Origin: an uncultured Actinomycetes bacterium | GTDB taxonomy: Bacteria > Actinomycetota > Actinomycetes > S36-B12 > CAIYMF01 | Assembly: GCA_963843975.1 (NCBI GenBank) | Contig: CAWJMG010000003.1 | Coordinates: forward strand, 1,710,001-1,742,000 | DNA length: 32,000 bases | Direction of reading: 5' to 3' | Part shown: in pieces, positions 1 to 7,067 of the stretch | Numbering within the stretch: position 1 is the first letter of the stretch | Layout of the letters: every line of letters begins with the position of its first letter | Notes under the pieces: generated by a model | What the model was told of the DNA's origin: nothing | What the model saw: the letters and a program-made list of their open reading frames with translations, nothing else | Database searches by the model: none | Position numbers and translations under genes: made by a program

Positions 1-1301
1 CCGCCGACCTGCTGCGTCGTGTTGAGCACAGCGGAGCCGACGCCTGCGTCCTCACGGCCGATTCCGTGCAGGGCCGTCGTCGAGACCGGGATGAACACGT
101 GCGCCATGCTCACGCTCATCACGACCATCGCCGGGAACACGTGGGTCCAGTAGTTGGAGTCGGCCTCGAGGGTCGACAACCAGAACAGGCTCAGGGCGGC
201 ACCGATGAGGCCGGGCACCATGAGCGGCTTGGGTCCGACCCGCGGCAGCAGCTGGCTCGCGACACCCGCGCCCAGGATGATGCCGAGGCTGAACGGCAGG
301 AACGCGAAGCCTGCAGTGACCGGGCTCATGCCCTTCACGACCTGCAGCCACAGGCCGAGGAAGAGGAACATCGCGAACATGCCGATGCCGACGATCAGGT
401 TGACGGCGTAGCTCGTGCCGCGGTTGCGGTCGCGCAGGATGCGCAGCGGCAGCAGCGGGCTCACGGCCCGGCTCTCGATGACGAAGAACGCGACGAGCAG
501 CACGATCGCGGCGCCGAACCACGCCAGCGTGACGGGGTCGGTCCAGTGCGCGGTGTCCTGGATGCCGTGCGGGGCCGCCTTGGTGAACGCGTAGACGAGC
601 GCCACCAGGCCGAGGGTCGCGGTGATCGCGCCCGCGACGTCGTAGCGCGCCGCACCGGTCGCCTTGCTCTCCTTCACGTAGGGGACGGCGAGGAGGGCTG
701 CCACGATCGCGATCGGGACGTTGACGAAGAGGCACCAGCGCCACGAGAAGTACTCGGTGAGCACACCGCCGAGCAGCAGGCCGATGGCCGCGCCGCCGCC
801 GGAGATCGCGCCGTACACGCCGAACGCGCGGGCGCGCTCCTTGGGCTCGTGGAACGTGACGGTGATGAGCGAGAGCGCCGCGGGCGCGAGGAGCGCGGCG
901 AAGGCGCCCTGCAGGCCGCGCGCCGCGAACAGCATGAGCGGACCCGTCGCGAGGCCGCCGAGGGCCGAGGCGAAGGCGAAGCCGATGAGGCCCACGATGA
1001 AGATCTTCTTGCGCCCCACGTAGTCGGCGATGCGGCCGCCGAGGAGCAGGAGGCCGCCGAAGGCCAGGGTGTACGCCGTGATGACCCACTGCTGGTCGGC
1101 ATCGGCGATGCCGAGGTCGGCCTTGGCGCTCGGGAGGGCGAGGTTCACGATCGAGGCGTCGAGCACCACCATGAGTGCGCTGATGCCGATGACGAGGAGC
1201 GCGCGCCAGCGGTTGGGGTCGGGCACGAGGTCGTAGCCGTGCTCGTTCAGCTCGCCGGGGACGGGGTCTGCGTTGAGGTCGAGATCGGGGGTGTCGGACA
1301 C
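1..1301 (-). CDS. MFS drug:H+ antiporter, DHA2 (EmrB/QacA-like, 14-TMS) family; C-terminus lies beyond the left window edge
   Basis: Not in the ORF track because it runs off the edge. Manual minus-strand translation from GTG at 1301 (GGAAGG SD about 9 nt upstream) gives VSDTPDLDL..RWRALLVIGISALMVVLDASIVNLALP..WVITAYTLAFGGLLLLGGRIADYVGRKK..LQGAFAALLAPAALSLI..FSWRWCLFVNVPI. It ends at the edge in GVGSAVLNTTQQVGG. There are many hydrophobic helices and near-uniform G/C at third positions. The + ORF 66..1520 is its antisense shadow. Confidence 0.85.
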   Translation of the reverse strand, partial: MSDTPDLDLNADPVPGELNEHGYDLVPDPNRWRALLVIGISALMVVLDASIVNLALPSAKADLGIADADQQWVITAYTLAFGGLLLLGGRIADYVGRKKIFIVGLIGFAFASALGGLATGPLMLFAARGLQGAFAALLAPAALSLITVTFHEPKERARAFGVYGAISGGGAAIGLLLGGVLTEYFSWRWCLFVNVPIAIVAALLAVPYVKESKATGAARYDVAGAITATLGLVALVYAFTKAAPHGIQDTAHWTDPVTLAWFGAAIVLLVAFFVIESRAVSPLLPLRILRDRNRGTSYAVNLIVGIGMFAMFLFLGLWLQVVKGMSPVTAGFAFLPFSLGIILGAGVASQLLPRVGPKPLMVPGLIGAALSLFWLSTLEADSNYWTHVFPAMVVMSVSMAHVFIPVSTTALHGIGREDAGVGSAVLNTTQQVG

Positions 1302-1541
1302 GGGCGGTGCCTTCCGCTTCGGGCGGGCGCCAGGCGGCGCCTCATCGGCGAGCACGGCACTCCGGCCGCACATCTGTCAGGGCTGTCGGTCGCGGGCGTC
1401 GTCGCACGCTCGACTCGGAGCGCAACCATCCCCGCCCCGGGCTTGTTCCCACTCTGCCGAACACATCTGACATCGGCTTCTCGGTTTCTGCTGACCCCTG
1501 TCGCCCCCTGCCGTGCGTGACGCTGCGGCTACGGTGATCGC

Positions 1542-2327
1542 ATGACCGAGGCCGCCGCGCTGCGCACCGTGCGTGCGACGCGCTACGTGCTCGCCCTGCG
1601 CGAGGGCGGCTCGCTGCCCGGCGTGGTCGAGGCCGACGACCTGGGCACCTACGTGCTGAAGTTCCGCGGCGCCGGCCAGGGCCTGCTCGCCCTCGTGGCC
1701 GAGGTGGTCTGCGGCGAGCTCGCCCGGCGGCTGGGTCTCCCCGTGCCCGAGCTGGTGCTGGCCGAGCTCGACGCCGGCCTCGCGAGCGCCGAGCCCGACG
1801 AGGAGGTGCAGGACCTCCTGCGGGCCAGCAACGGCCTCAACCTGGGCATGGACTTCCTGCCGGGCTCCCTCGGGATCGAGCGGCCGGACGGCCTCGACCC
1901 GGTGTTCGCCGCCCAGGTCGTCTGGTTCGACGCCCTCGTCCTCAACGTCGACCGCTCCTGGCGCAACCCGAACCTGCTCCGGTGGCACGGCTCGCCGTAC
2001 CTCATCGACCACGGCGCGGCGCTCTACTTCCACCACGACTGGGCCAGCGCCGCCAGCGTCCCCGGCCGCGCCTACCCGGGGCCGCGCGACCATGTGCTCA
2101 TGCCAGTGGCCGGTCCGATCCGCGAGGCCCACGACGCGCTGGCGCCCCTGGTCACGGCCGACCTGCTCGACGAGGTGCTCGCGCTGGTCCCGGACGGCTG
2201 GCTCGAGCACGACGGCGCCGCCGCCGCGGAGCGCCGTACGGCGTACCGCGACCTGCTGCTCGCCCGCGCCGCCGACCCCGAGCCGTGGCTCCCCGCGCTG
2301 GAGGTGGCCCGTGCCTCGTACGTATGA
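1542..2327 (+). CDS. HipA-like (HipA family) Ser/Thr kinase-fold protein, function unknown
   Basis: 261-aa ORF with high GC3. It has an N-terminal YVLKFRGAGQG stretch, a catalytic-loop-like LNVDRSWRNPNLL (D-x-x-x-x-N) and a following LIDHGAAL, resembling the HipA-type kinase core. Its 3' end overlaps the next gene. Confidence 0.65.
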   Translation: MTEAAALRTVRATRYVLALREGGSLPGVVEADDLGTYVLKFRGAGQGLLALVAEVVCGELARRLGLPVPELVLAELDAGLASAEPDEEVQDLLRASNGLNLGMDFLPGSLGIERPDGLDPVFAAQVVWFDALVLNVDRSWRNPNLLRWHGSPYLIDHGAALYFHHDWASAASVPGRAYPGPRDHVLMPVAGPIREAHDALAPLVTADLLDEVLALVPDGWLEHDGAAAAERRTAYRDLLLARAADPEPWLPALEVARASYV

Positions 2328-2700
2328 GTGGGCCGTGCTGCGGGTGGTCCCCCGCGTGGAGCGCTGCGAGTTCGTGAACGTCGCGGTCGTCGTCTACTGC
2401 CAGGCGCTGGACTACCTCGCCTGCGCCAGCGCGGACGACCTCTCGCGCGCCGTGGCGCTCGACCCCGGGCTCGACGTCGACGGCGTCCGCGCCCACCTCG
2501 ACTCCGTCCGTGCGGTCTGCGACGGAGCGCCCGAGGCGGGCGCCAACGGTGCGCGGAGCCGGGGCGAGCGGTTCCGCTGGCTCGTGGCGCCGCGCTCCAC
2601 CGTCGTGCAGCCGTCCCCGGTGCACACGGGGCTCACCGACGACCCGGCGGCCGAGCTCGCGGACCTCGTCGCCCGCATGGTCGCGCCGCCGACCGCCTGA
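2311..2700 (+). CDS. DUF3037-like protein (uncharacterised family)
   Basis: GTG at 2311 is preceded by GGAGGTG 5 nt upstream. The N-terminus PRTYEWAVLRVVPRVERCEFVNVAVVVYC matches my recollection of the DUF3037 signature (Y-x-Y/W-a-v-LR-v-vP-x-x-x-R-x-EF-x-NVG). It overlaps the upstream kinase gene by 17 nt. Confidence 0.7.
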   Translation: MPRTYEWAVLRVVPRVERCEFVNVAVVVYCQALDYLACASADDLSRAVALDPGLDVDGVRAHLDSVRAVCDGAPEAGANGARSRGERFRWLVAPRSTVVQPSPVHTGLTDDPAAELADLVARMVAPPTA

Positions 2701-2750
2701 GTCGCCCCCGGCGCTGGGCGCACGGCCCGGCATTGGCTAATCTCTGCGGC

Positions 2751-2963
2751 ATGAGCGGCGACGAGCACACCCACGACGAGCACCACGCCCACAAGGACAG
2801 CCCCATCGCGGCGTCCATCGTCGGGCTCATCATCGTGATGCTGTTCGGCCAGGCCTTCGCACTGCTGAACAAGGGCACCTGGGAGACCGCGGTCATCATC
2901 GCCGCCGTGATCCTCGCCGTGCACACCCTCGTCACGATCTGGGTCGTAGACCGCCGCGACTGA
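2751..2963 (+). CDS. small (70 aa) two-helix membrane protein with His/acid-rich N-terminus
   Basis: ATG at 2751 in the frame of ORF 2328..2963. The product is MSGDEHTHDEHHAHKDS followed by two hydrophobic helices (IAASIVGLIIVMLFGQAFALL and AVIIAAVILAVHTLVTIWVV). G/C third positions are strong. Confidence 0.6.
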   Translation: MSGDEHTHDEHHAHKDSPIAASIVGLIIVMLFGQAFALLNKGTWETAVIIAAVILAVHTLVTIWVVDRRD

Positions 2964-2980
2964 CCCCGCAGTTTTCTGCC

Positions 2981-3027
2981 CCTTAGGGTCACAAAGCGCC
3001 CTTGAAGGGCACTTCGTGACCCTAAGG
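2981..3027. terminator. long near-perfect hairpin between convergent genes (probable bidirectional terminator)
   Basis: CCTTAGGGTCAC AAAG CGCCCTT G AAGGGCA CTTC GTGACCCTAAGG. The outer stem is 12 bp and perfect, and inner pairing extends it to about 19 bp. It sits between the stop at 2963 (+) and the stop at 3048 (-). There is no clear U-tract on either strand. Confidence 0.5.
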
Positions 3028-3047
3028 GTCGGAAGCGACCTTCGCGG

Positions 3048-5120
3048 TCAGGGGGTGGGGCCGGTGCGGTCGCTGCCGTGCCGGTCGCGCTCGGCGAGGC
3101 TCGCGAGGTAGGCGTTGTAGTCCGCGTGGTCGTCGCGGCCGATCCCCGTGGTCGCCGCCCGCTCCTGCGCCCGGTCGGTGCGCCGCGCCTCGCGCTCGTC
3201 GCTCTTCACCCACTGCAGGAACATCGCGATCATCACGATCACGATCGGCACCTCGCCGAGCGCCCACCCGATGCTGCCGCCGAGGTGCTGGTCGGCCAGC
3301 AGGTCGGTGAGGTACGGCCGCTGCAGGCCGCCGAACCAGTCCTCGGCGATCACCTGCGTCGTCGCCATGATGGCGAGCGAGAAGAACGAGTGCAGCGGGA
3401 TCACCACGAGCAGGATCACGATGCGTACGAGGTACGGCGGACGGCTCGGGCCGGGGTCGACGCCGATGAGGCTCCAGAAGAACAGCGAGCCGGCGAGCAG
3501 GAAGTGCACGCCCATGAAGATGTGGCCCCAGTGGCTCGTCATGAGCGCCGGGAAGATGCCCGTCAGGTACAGCAGGTAGAAGCTCGAGACGAAGATCACC
3601 GAGGCCACGACGGGGTTCGAGATCACCTGCACGTAGCGCGAGTGGATGAACATCGTGAGCCACTCGCGCGGACCCACCTGGTCGCCGCCGCGCGGCAGCG
3701 TGCGCAGCGCGAGCGTCACGGGCGCGCCGAGCACCAGGAAGATCGGCGCGATCATGCTCAGCACCATGTGCTGCACCATGTGCACGCTGAACAGCACCGA
3801 GGCGTACGTCGCCAGCCCGGTGTTGGTCGCGAGCAGGATGAGCACCGTGCCGACGTACCAGAAGAAGCTGCGGCTGACCTGCCAGCGGTCGCCCTCGCGG
3901 CGCATCACGTGGGTGCCCGTCGCGTAGAGCGCGATCATGAAGCCGCAGACCGTGAGCCAGAAGCCGTCGAGCCGCGCCTCGCCCCAGAGCAGGCCGGGCA
4001 GCGTCGGTGCCGGCGGGAGGTCGAAGCCCAGCAGCAGCCGTGCGGGGCTGAGCGCGTCGACGGGCACCTCGCCCGACACCGGCGGCGGCGTCCGCGAGAG
4101 GGCCACGGCCACGCCGATGGTCGCCGCCATGACCAGCACCTCGACGGCCGCGAGCCGCACGAAGGCGCGTCGCGCGAGGTCGCCGGCGAGGGCCGGGACG
4201 ACGCGACGGCGGTGCCAGACGCCGAATGCCGCGAGCACGGCGATGAGCACGATCTTGAGCAGCACGAGCCGGCCGTACGACGTCGTCAGCAGGTCGGCCG
4301 GGCCGGCGATGCGGACGGTGGCGCTGGCGAGCCCCGACAGCGCCAGGGCGACGGCGGACCAGAGCGCGAGTCGGCTGAACCGCGGCACGGCCACGGGAAG
4401 CGGACGGCGGTCGCTGGTGCCGAGCAGCACGAGGGCAACGAGTCCGCCCACCCACAGCGCGGCGGCGATCACGTGCAGCATCAGGCTCGAGACGGCGAGC
4501 GTGTGCTGGTCCGACGTACCGGCGTGCGACACGAGAGTGGGCGGGAGCATCGCCCCGAGCGCGAGCAGGCAGAGCAGGCCGGCGCCGGTCGTCGTGCGGA
4601 TCGTGACCGAGCACGCGGCGACGAGGAGCACGAGCACGACCTGCACCAGCAGGGCGCGGCCGAGCTCGACGTCGGTGACGAAGCTCCAGAGCAGCGTCGG
4701 GTCGAGGACCTCGCCGACGGGCAGCGCGATGATGTCCGACAGCGACGTGACGACCTGCGCGAGCACCACCGCGGCCCAGGCGAGCGCCGACCAGCGCGCA
4801 GCGCGCGTCCAGGTGAGGCGCGCACCGCGCAGGAGGCCGTCGCGGGCGGGCACGAGCACCGCGCCGAGGAGCAGCAGACCCACCGTGAGGACCGAGGCGA
4901 GGTCGCCGAGCACCCGCAGCGTCGGCACCGCCCACTGGGTGCCGAGCCCGGGGTCGGGGAGGCCGTCCGGCGCGGTCGCCGGACGGCCGTCCCCGGCCCA
5001 CAGCAGCAGCGCCATCACCACGAGGGCGACGACGGGCGCGAGGCCCACGAGCAGGCGCGGCCGCCGGACGTCGACGACGTCCGTGGCCGGGCGCTGCTGC
5101 GCTGCTGCTGTCGTGGTCAT
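3048..5120 (-). CDS. fused copper resistance protein CopD / cytochrome c oxidase assembly factor CtaG (caa3-type) membrane protein
   Basis: Frame of the 718-aa ORF. I prefer the ATG at 5120 (MTTTAAAQQRP), which forms an ATGA overlap with the CopC stop. The N-terminal half is CopD-like (LMLHVIAAALWVGGLVALVLL). The C-terminal half carries the CtaG signature SVHMVQHMVLSMIAPIFLVLGAPVTLALR and HWGHIFMGVHFLLAGSLFFW. It is polytopic. Confidence 0.85.
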   Translation of the reverse strand: MTTTAAAQQRPATDVVDVRRPRLLVGLAPVVALVVMALLLWAGDGRPATAPDGLPDPGLGTQWAVPTLRVLGDLASVLTVGLLLLGAVLVPARDGLLRGARLTWTRAARWSALAWAAVVLAQVVTSLSDIIALPVGEVLDPTLLWSFVTDVELGRALLVQVVLVLLVAACSVTIRTTTGAGLLCLLALGAMLPPTLVSHAGTSDQHTLAVSSLMLHVIAAALWVGGLVALVLLGTSDRRPLPVAVPRFSRLALWSAVALALSGLASATVRIAGPADLLTTSYGRLVLLKIVLIAVLAAFGVWHRRRVVPALAGDLARRAFVRLAAVEVLVMAATIGVAVALSRTPPPVSGEVPVDALSPARLLLGFDLPPAPTLPGLLWGEARLDGFWLTVCGFMIALYATGTHVMRREGDRWQVSRSFFWYVGTVLILLATNTGLATYASVLFSVHMVQHMVLSMIAPIFLVLGAPVTLALRTLPRGGDQVGPREWLTMFIHSRYVQVISNPVVASVIFVSSFYLLYLTGIFPALMTSHWGHIFMGVHFLLAGSLFFWSLIGVDPGPSRPPYLVRIVILLVVIPLHSFFSLAIMATTQVIAEDWFGGLQRPYLTDLLADQHLGGSIGWALGEVPIVIVMIAMFLQWVKSDEREARRTDRAQERAATTGIGRDDHADYNAYLASLAERDRHGSDRTGPTP

Positions 5121-5803
5121 GACGAGGAGCCTGCCCTGCCCCGACGGCCCGCCGCCACCGCAGCCCCGAGCAGCGCGAGCACGGCGAGGCCCCCGAGCAC
5201 CCACGGCAACGCCGAGCCGCCGTCTGAGGACGACGTCGGGATCGTGCTCGGGCTCGGGTCGGGTGTCTCGGTCACGGTCGCCGTGATGGTCTCCCCGTTG
5301 GAGGCCGTCGGCGCGGCCGAAGTCGTCTCCGACGGCGCCGACGGCGACGGCGAGGCGGGATCGGACGGCGACTCGGACGGCGACGGGACCGTGCCGACGG
5401 TGAAGCTGAACGTGCCGGTCACGGGGTGCCCGTCGGCGGACACGACGCGGTACGAGACGCGCACCTCCCCGGCGACCGTGGGCGGCGTGATGGCCTGGGT
5501 GACGAGGGGGCCGTCGACGACGACGCGACCGTCGCCGAGCCTGACACCGGCGGCGTCGGTCACGACGACCGCGGTGCCGAGCTTCTGGGCCTCCTCGCCG
5601 AAGGTCAGGGAGACCTCGGTCGGCGCCTCGGCCACGGACGCGCCGTCCGCGGGAAGGGTGGAGAGCAGCTCGTCGTGCGCCGAGGCCGGCGCAGCGAGGG
5701 ACAGCGGGAGCACGACGAGGGCGAGAGCACCGACGGCGGCCCCGGCGAGCAGGGTGGAGCGGGTCCGGCGAGCGAGCGCGCGGACAGGACGGGTCGAGGA
5801 CAT
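5117..5803 (-). CDS. copC: CopC-domain copper-binding protein with Pro/Ser-rich linker and C-terminal membrane anchor
   Basis: ATG at 5803 (AGAAGG SD about 7 nt upstream). The signal peptide ends in APASA|HDELLSTLPADGASV, so the mature N-terminus starts with His as in CopC. The core has a CopC beta-sandwich pattern (VSLTFGEE..VRVSYRVVSADGHPVTGTFSFTV). A PS-rich linker follows, then the hydrophobic helix LPWVLGGLAVLALLGAAVAAGRR. Confidence 0.85.
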   Translation of the reverse strand: MSSTRPVRALARRTRSTLLAGAAVGALALVVLPLSLAAPASAHDELLSTLPADGASVAEAPTEVSLTFGEEAQKLGTAVVVTDAAGVRLGDGRVVVDGPLVTQAITPPTVAGEVRVSYRVVSADGHPVTGTFSFTVGTVPSPSESPSDPASPSPSAPSETTSAAPTASNGETITATVTETPDPSPSTIPTSSSDGGSALPWVLGGLAVLALLGAAVAAGRRGRAGSSS

Positions 5804-5858
5804 GCGGAACCTTCTGACTGGAGTCGGGCGGGCGGATGCGCGACGCCCGGCCGACCGA

Positions 5859-6449
5859 TCAGCAGGGCGCAGGGACCGCCGGGGGTCCACGGCGTGGACG
5901 ACGTCCCACCACGACGAGGCCGTCGGCACGCACCGCGCCCGACCGCGCAGCCACGACGATGCCTGCGACGGCAGGGACGACGACCCCGCGCGTGGTCAGC
6001 CGCACGGCGTGCAGCAGGGACCACAGCGACAGCGCACAGGCCTCGAGCGCGAGCAGCAGCACGGCGGCCACGAGCACGGCGACGCCGTGCGCCACGAGCA
6101 TCCGCAGGTCGAGCCCTCCCGCAGCGTGGGAACCGTGGGCGCCGGCAGCGGATCCGGCACCGGCGAGGCGCGGGTCGGAGGATCCGGTGGGCGACGACAG
6201 CCACAGCACGCCGTGCACGGCCGGCTGGGCGGCGGTCAGGGCGACGAGCAGGCGCGGCAGCGTCCATCGGTGCCCGGACGCCACGACGGCACCGACGACG
6301 ACGAGCGCCAGTGCCGCGACCACGGCGGGCGTGAGCGCGGAGCCCCCGGCCACGACGTGGCCGGTCGCCGCGACGGCTCCACCGACCGCCCCCACCACGA
6401 TTCCGCGCACGCGCCTGAGCGGTGCGGCGGTACGGGGAGCCGGGGTCAC
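5859..6449 (-). CDS. hypothetical integral membrane protein (about 4 helices, multiple His), first gene of the copper operon
   Basis: 196-aa ORF starting at GTG 6449 with consistently G/C third positions. Hydrophobic helices carry His residues (ATGHVVAG, ASGHRW, PAVHGVLW, GAHGSHAAG, LVAHGV, LLHAV). It lies 55 bp upstream of copC on the same strand. I do not recognise the family. Confidence 0.6.
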   Translation of the reverse strand: MTPAPRTAAPLRRVRGIVVGAVGGAVAATGHVVAGGSALTPAVVAALALVVVGAVVASGHRWTLPRLLVALTAAQPAVHGVLWLSSPTGSSDPRLAGAGSAAGAHGSHAAGGLDLRMLVAHGVAVLVAAVLLLALEACALSLWSLLHAVRLTTRGVVVPAVAGIVVAARSGAVRADGLVVVGRRPRRGPPAVPAPC

Positions 6450-6668
6450 CGCGTCATCGTAGGCGCCGCCACCGCGCTGGCAACGGGGCGCTCCCGTACC
6501 GCGCGGTGAGCCTGCCGGGGAGGCAGACAGCCCACCGACGTACCCGCGCCCCGCACGGAACCTCTCGGTTCGCTCTGCCGACTGGGATCACGGGCGAAGT
6601 CCGGTCAGAATGGATGAGCACGTGCCGTGAGCCACGGTCGACCCTGGTCGGCCCGTCGAAAGAGGGCC

Positions 6669-7031
6669 ATGAACGACATCACCGCGGAGACCGTCAGTCG
6701 CGCCCGGCTCGACTCGCTCGTCGACGAGATCGGCGACCAGGACATCGTGCGGCAGGCCGTGCAGAGCTTCCTCGACGAGCTCGTCGAGCGGCTGCAGGCC
6801 ATCCGCACGACCATCGCCGACGGCGACCCCGTTCTCGTGAAGAAGGCCGCTCACGCCCTCGGCTCTCCCGCGGCGATGCTCGGCGCCCTCGAGGTCAACC
6901 GCATCTGCCGCAGCATGCAGGACCAGTGCGAGGCCGGCCCCGCCGTCCTCGGCGGCCTCATGGGCGAGCTCGACGTCGCCTCGGCCCGCACCGTGGCCGA
7001 GCTGCGCGGCTACCTCGAGACGTCGGCCTGA
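6669..7031 (+). CDS. stand-alone histidine phosphotransfer (Hpt) domain protein
   Basis: ATG at 6669 with AAGAGGG SD just upstream. The 120-aa helical protein has the Hpt-like motif KKAAHALGSPAAMLGA. The candidate phospho-His is H62 (codon 6852-6854). The canonical form is H-x-L-K-G-S-A-x-x-L-G-A. Confidence 0.8.
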   Translation: MNDITAETVSRARLDSLVDEIGDQDIVRQAVQSFLDELVERLQAIRTTIADGDPVLVKKAAHALGSPAAMLGALEVNRICRSMQDQCEAGPAVLGGLMGELDVASARTVAELRGYLETSA

Positions 7032-7042
7032 CCGTTCGACCG

Positions 7043-7067
7043 CCGCACCCGCGATGAGCGGGCGCGG
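7043..7067. terminator. GC-rich hairpin between the convergent Hpt and kinase genes
   Basis: CCGCACCCGC gatga GCGGGCGCGG. The stem is 10 bp with one mismatch. It lies between the stops at 7031 (+) and 7068 (-). There is no U-tract. Confidence 0.4.

Noticed and set aside
1369-1473. Repeated CACATCTG(T/A)CA motif (1369-1379 and 1462-1472) in the MFS/kinase divergent intergenic region as an operator pair
   Set aside because: There are only two short copies, no dyad symmetry and no adjacent regulator gene. This is too weak to call a feature.
66-1520. 484-aa + strand ORF rich in D/E/R/H
   Set aside because: It is the codon-aligned antisense shadow of the minus-strand MFS gene. Its composition is not protein-like and third-position G/C bias favours the minus frame. 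The same applies to minus ORFs 52..1089 and 674..1102, which are out of frame with the MFS gene.
5117-5230. Sortase LPXTG-type sorting signal at the CopC C-terminus (SALPWVLGG..)
   Set aside because: The sequence is LPWVL, not LPXTG. A hydrophobic helix followed by RRGR fits a simple C-terminal membrane anchor.
3078-6509. 1143-aa + strand ORF spanning the whole copper operon
   Set aside because: It is antisense to three well-supported minus-strand genes (CopD::CtaG, CopC and the membrane protein). The sequence is low-complexity R/H/D/E/G with no recognisable domains.
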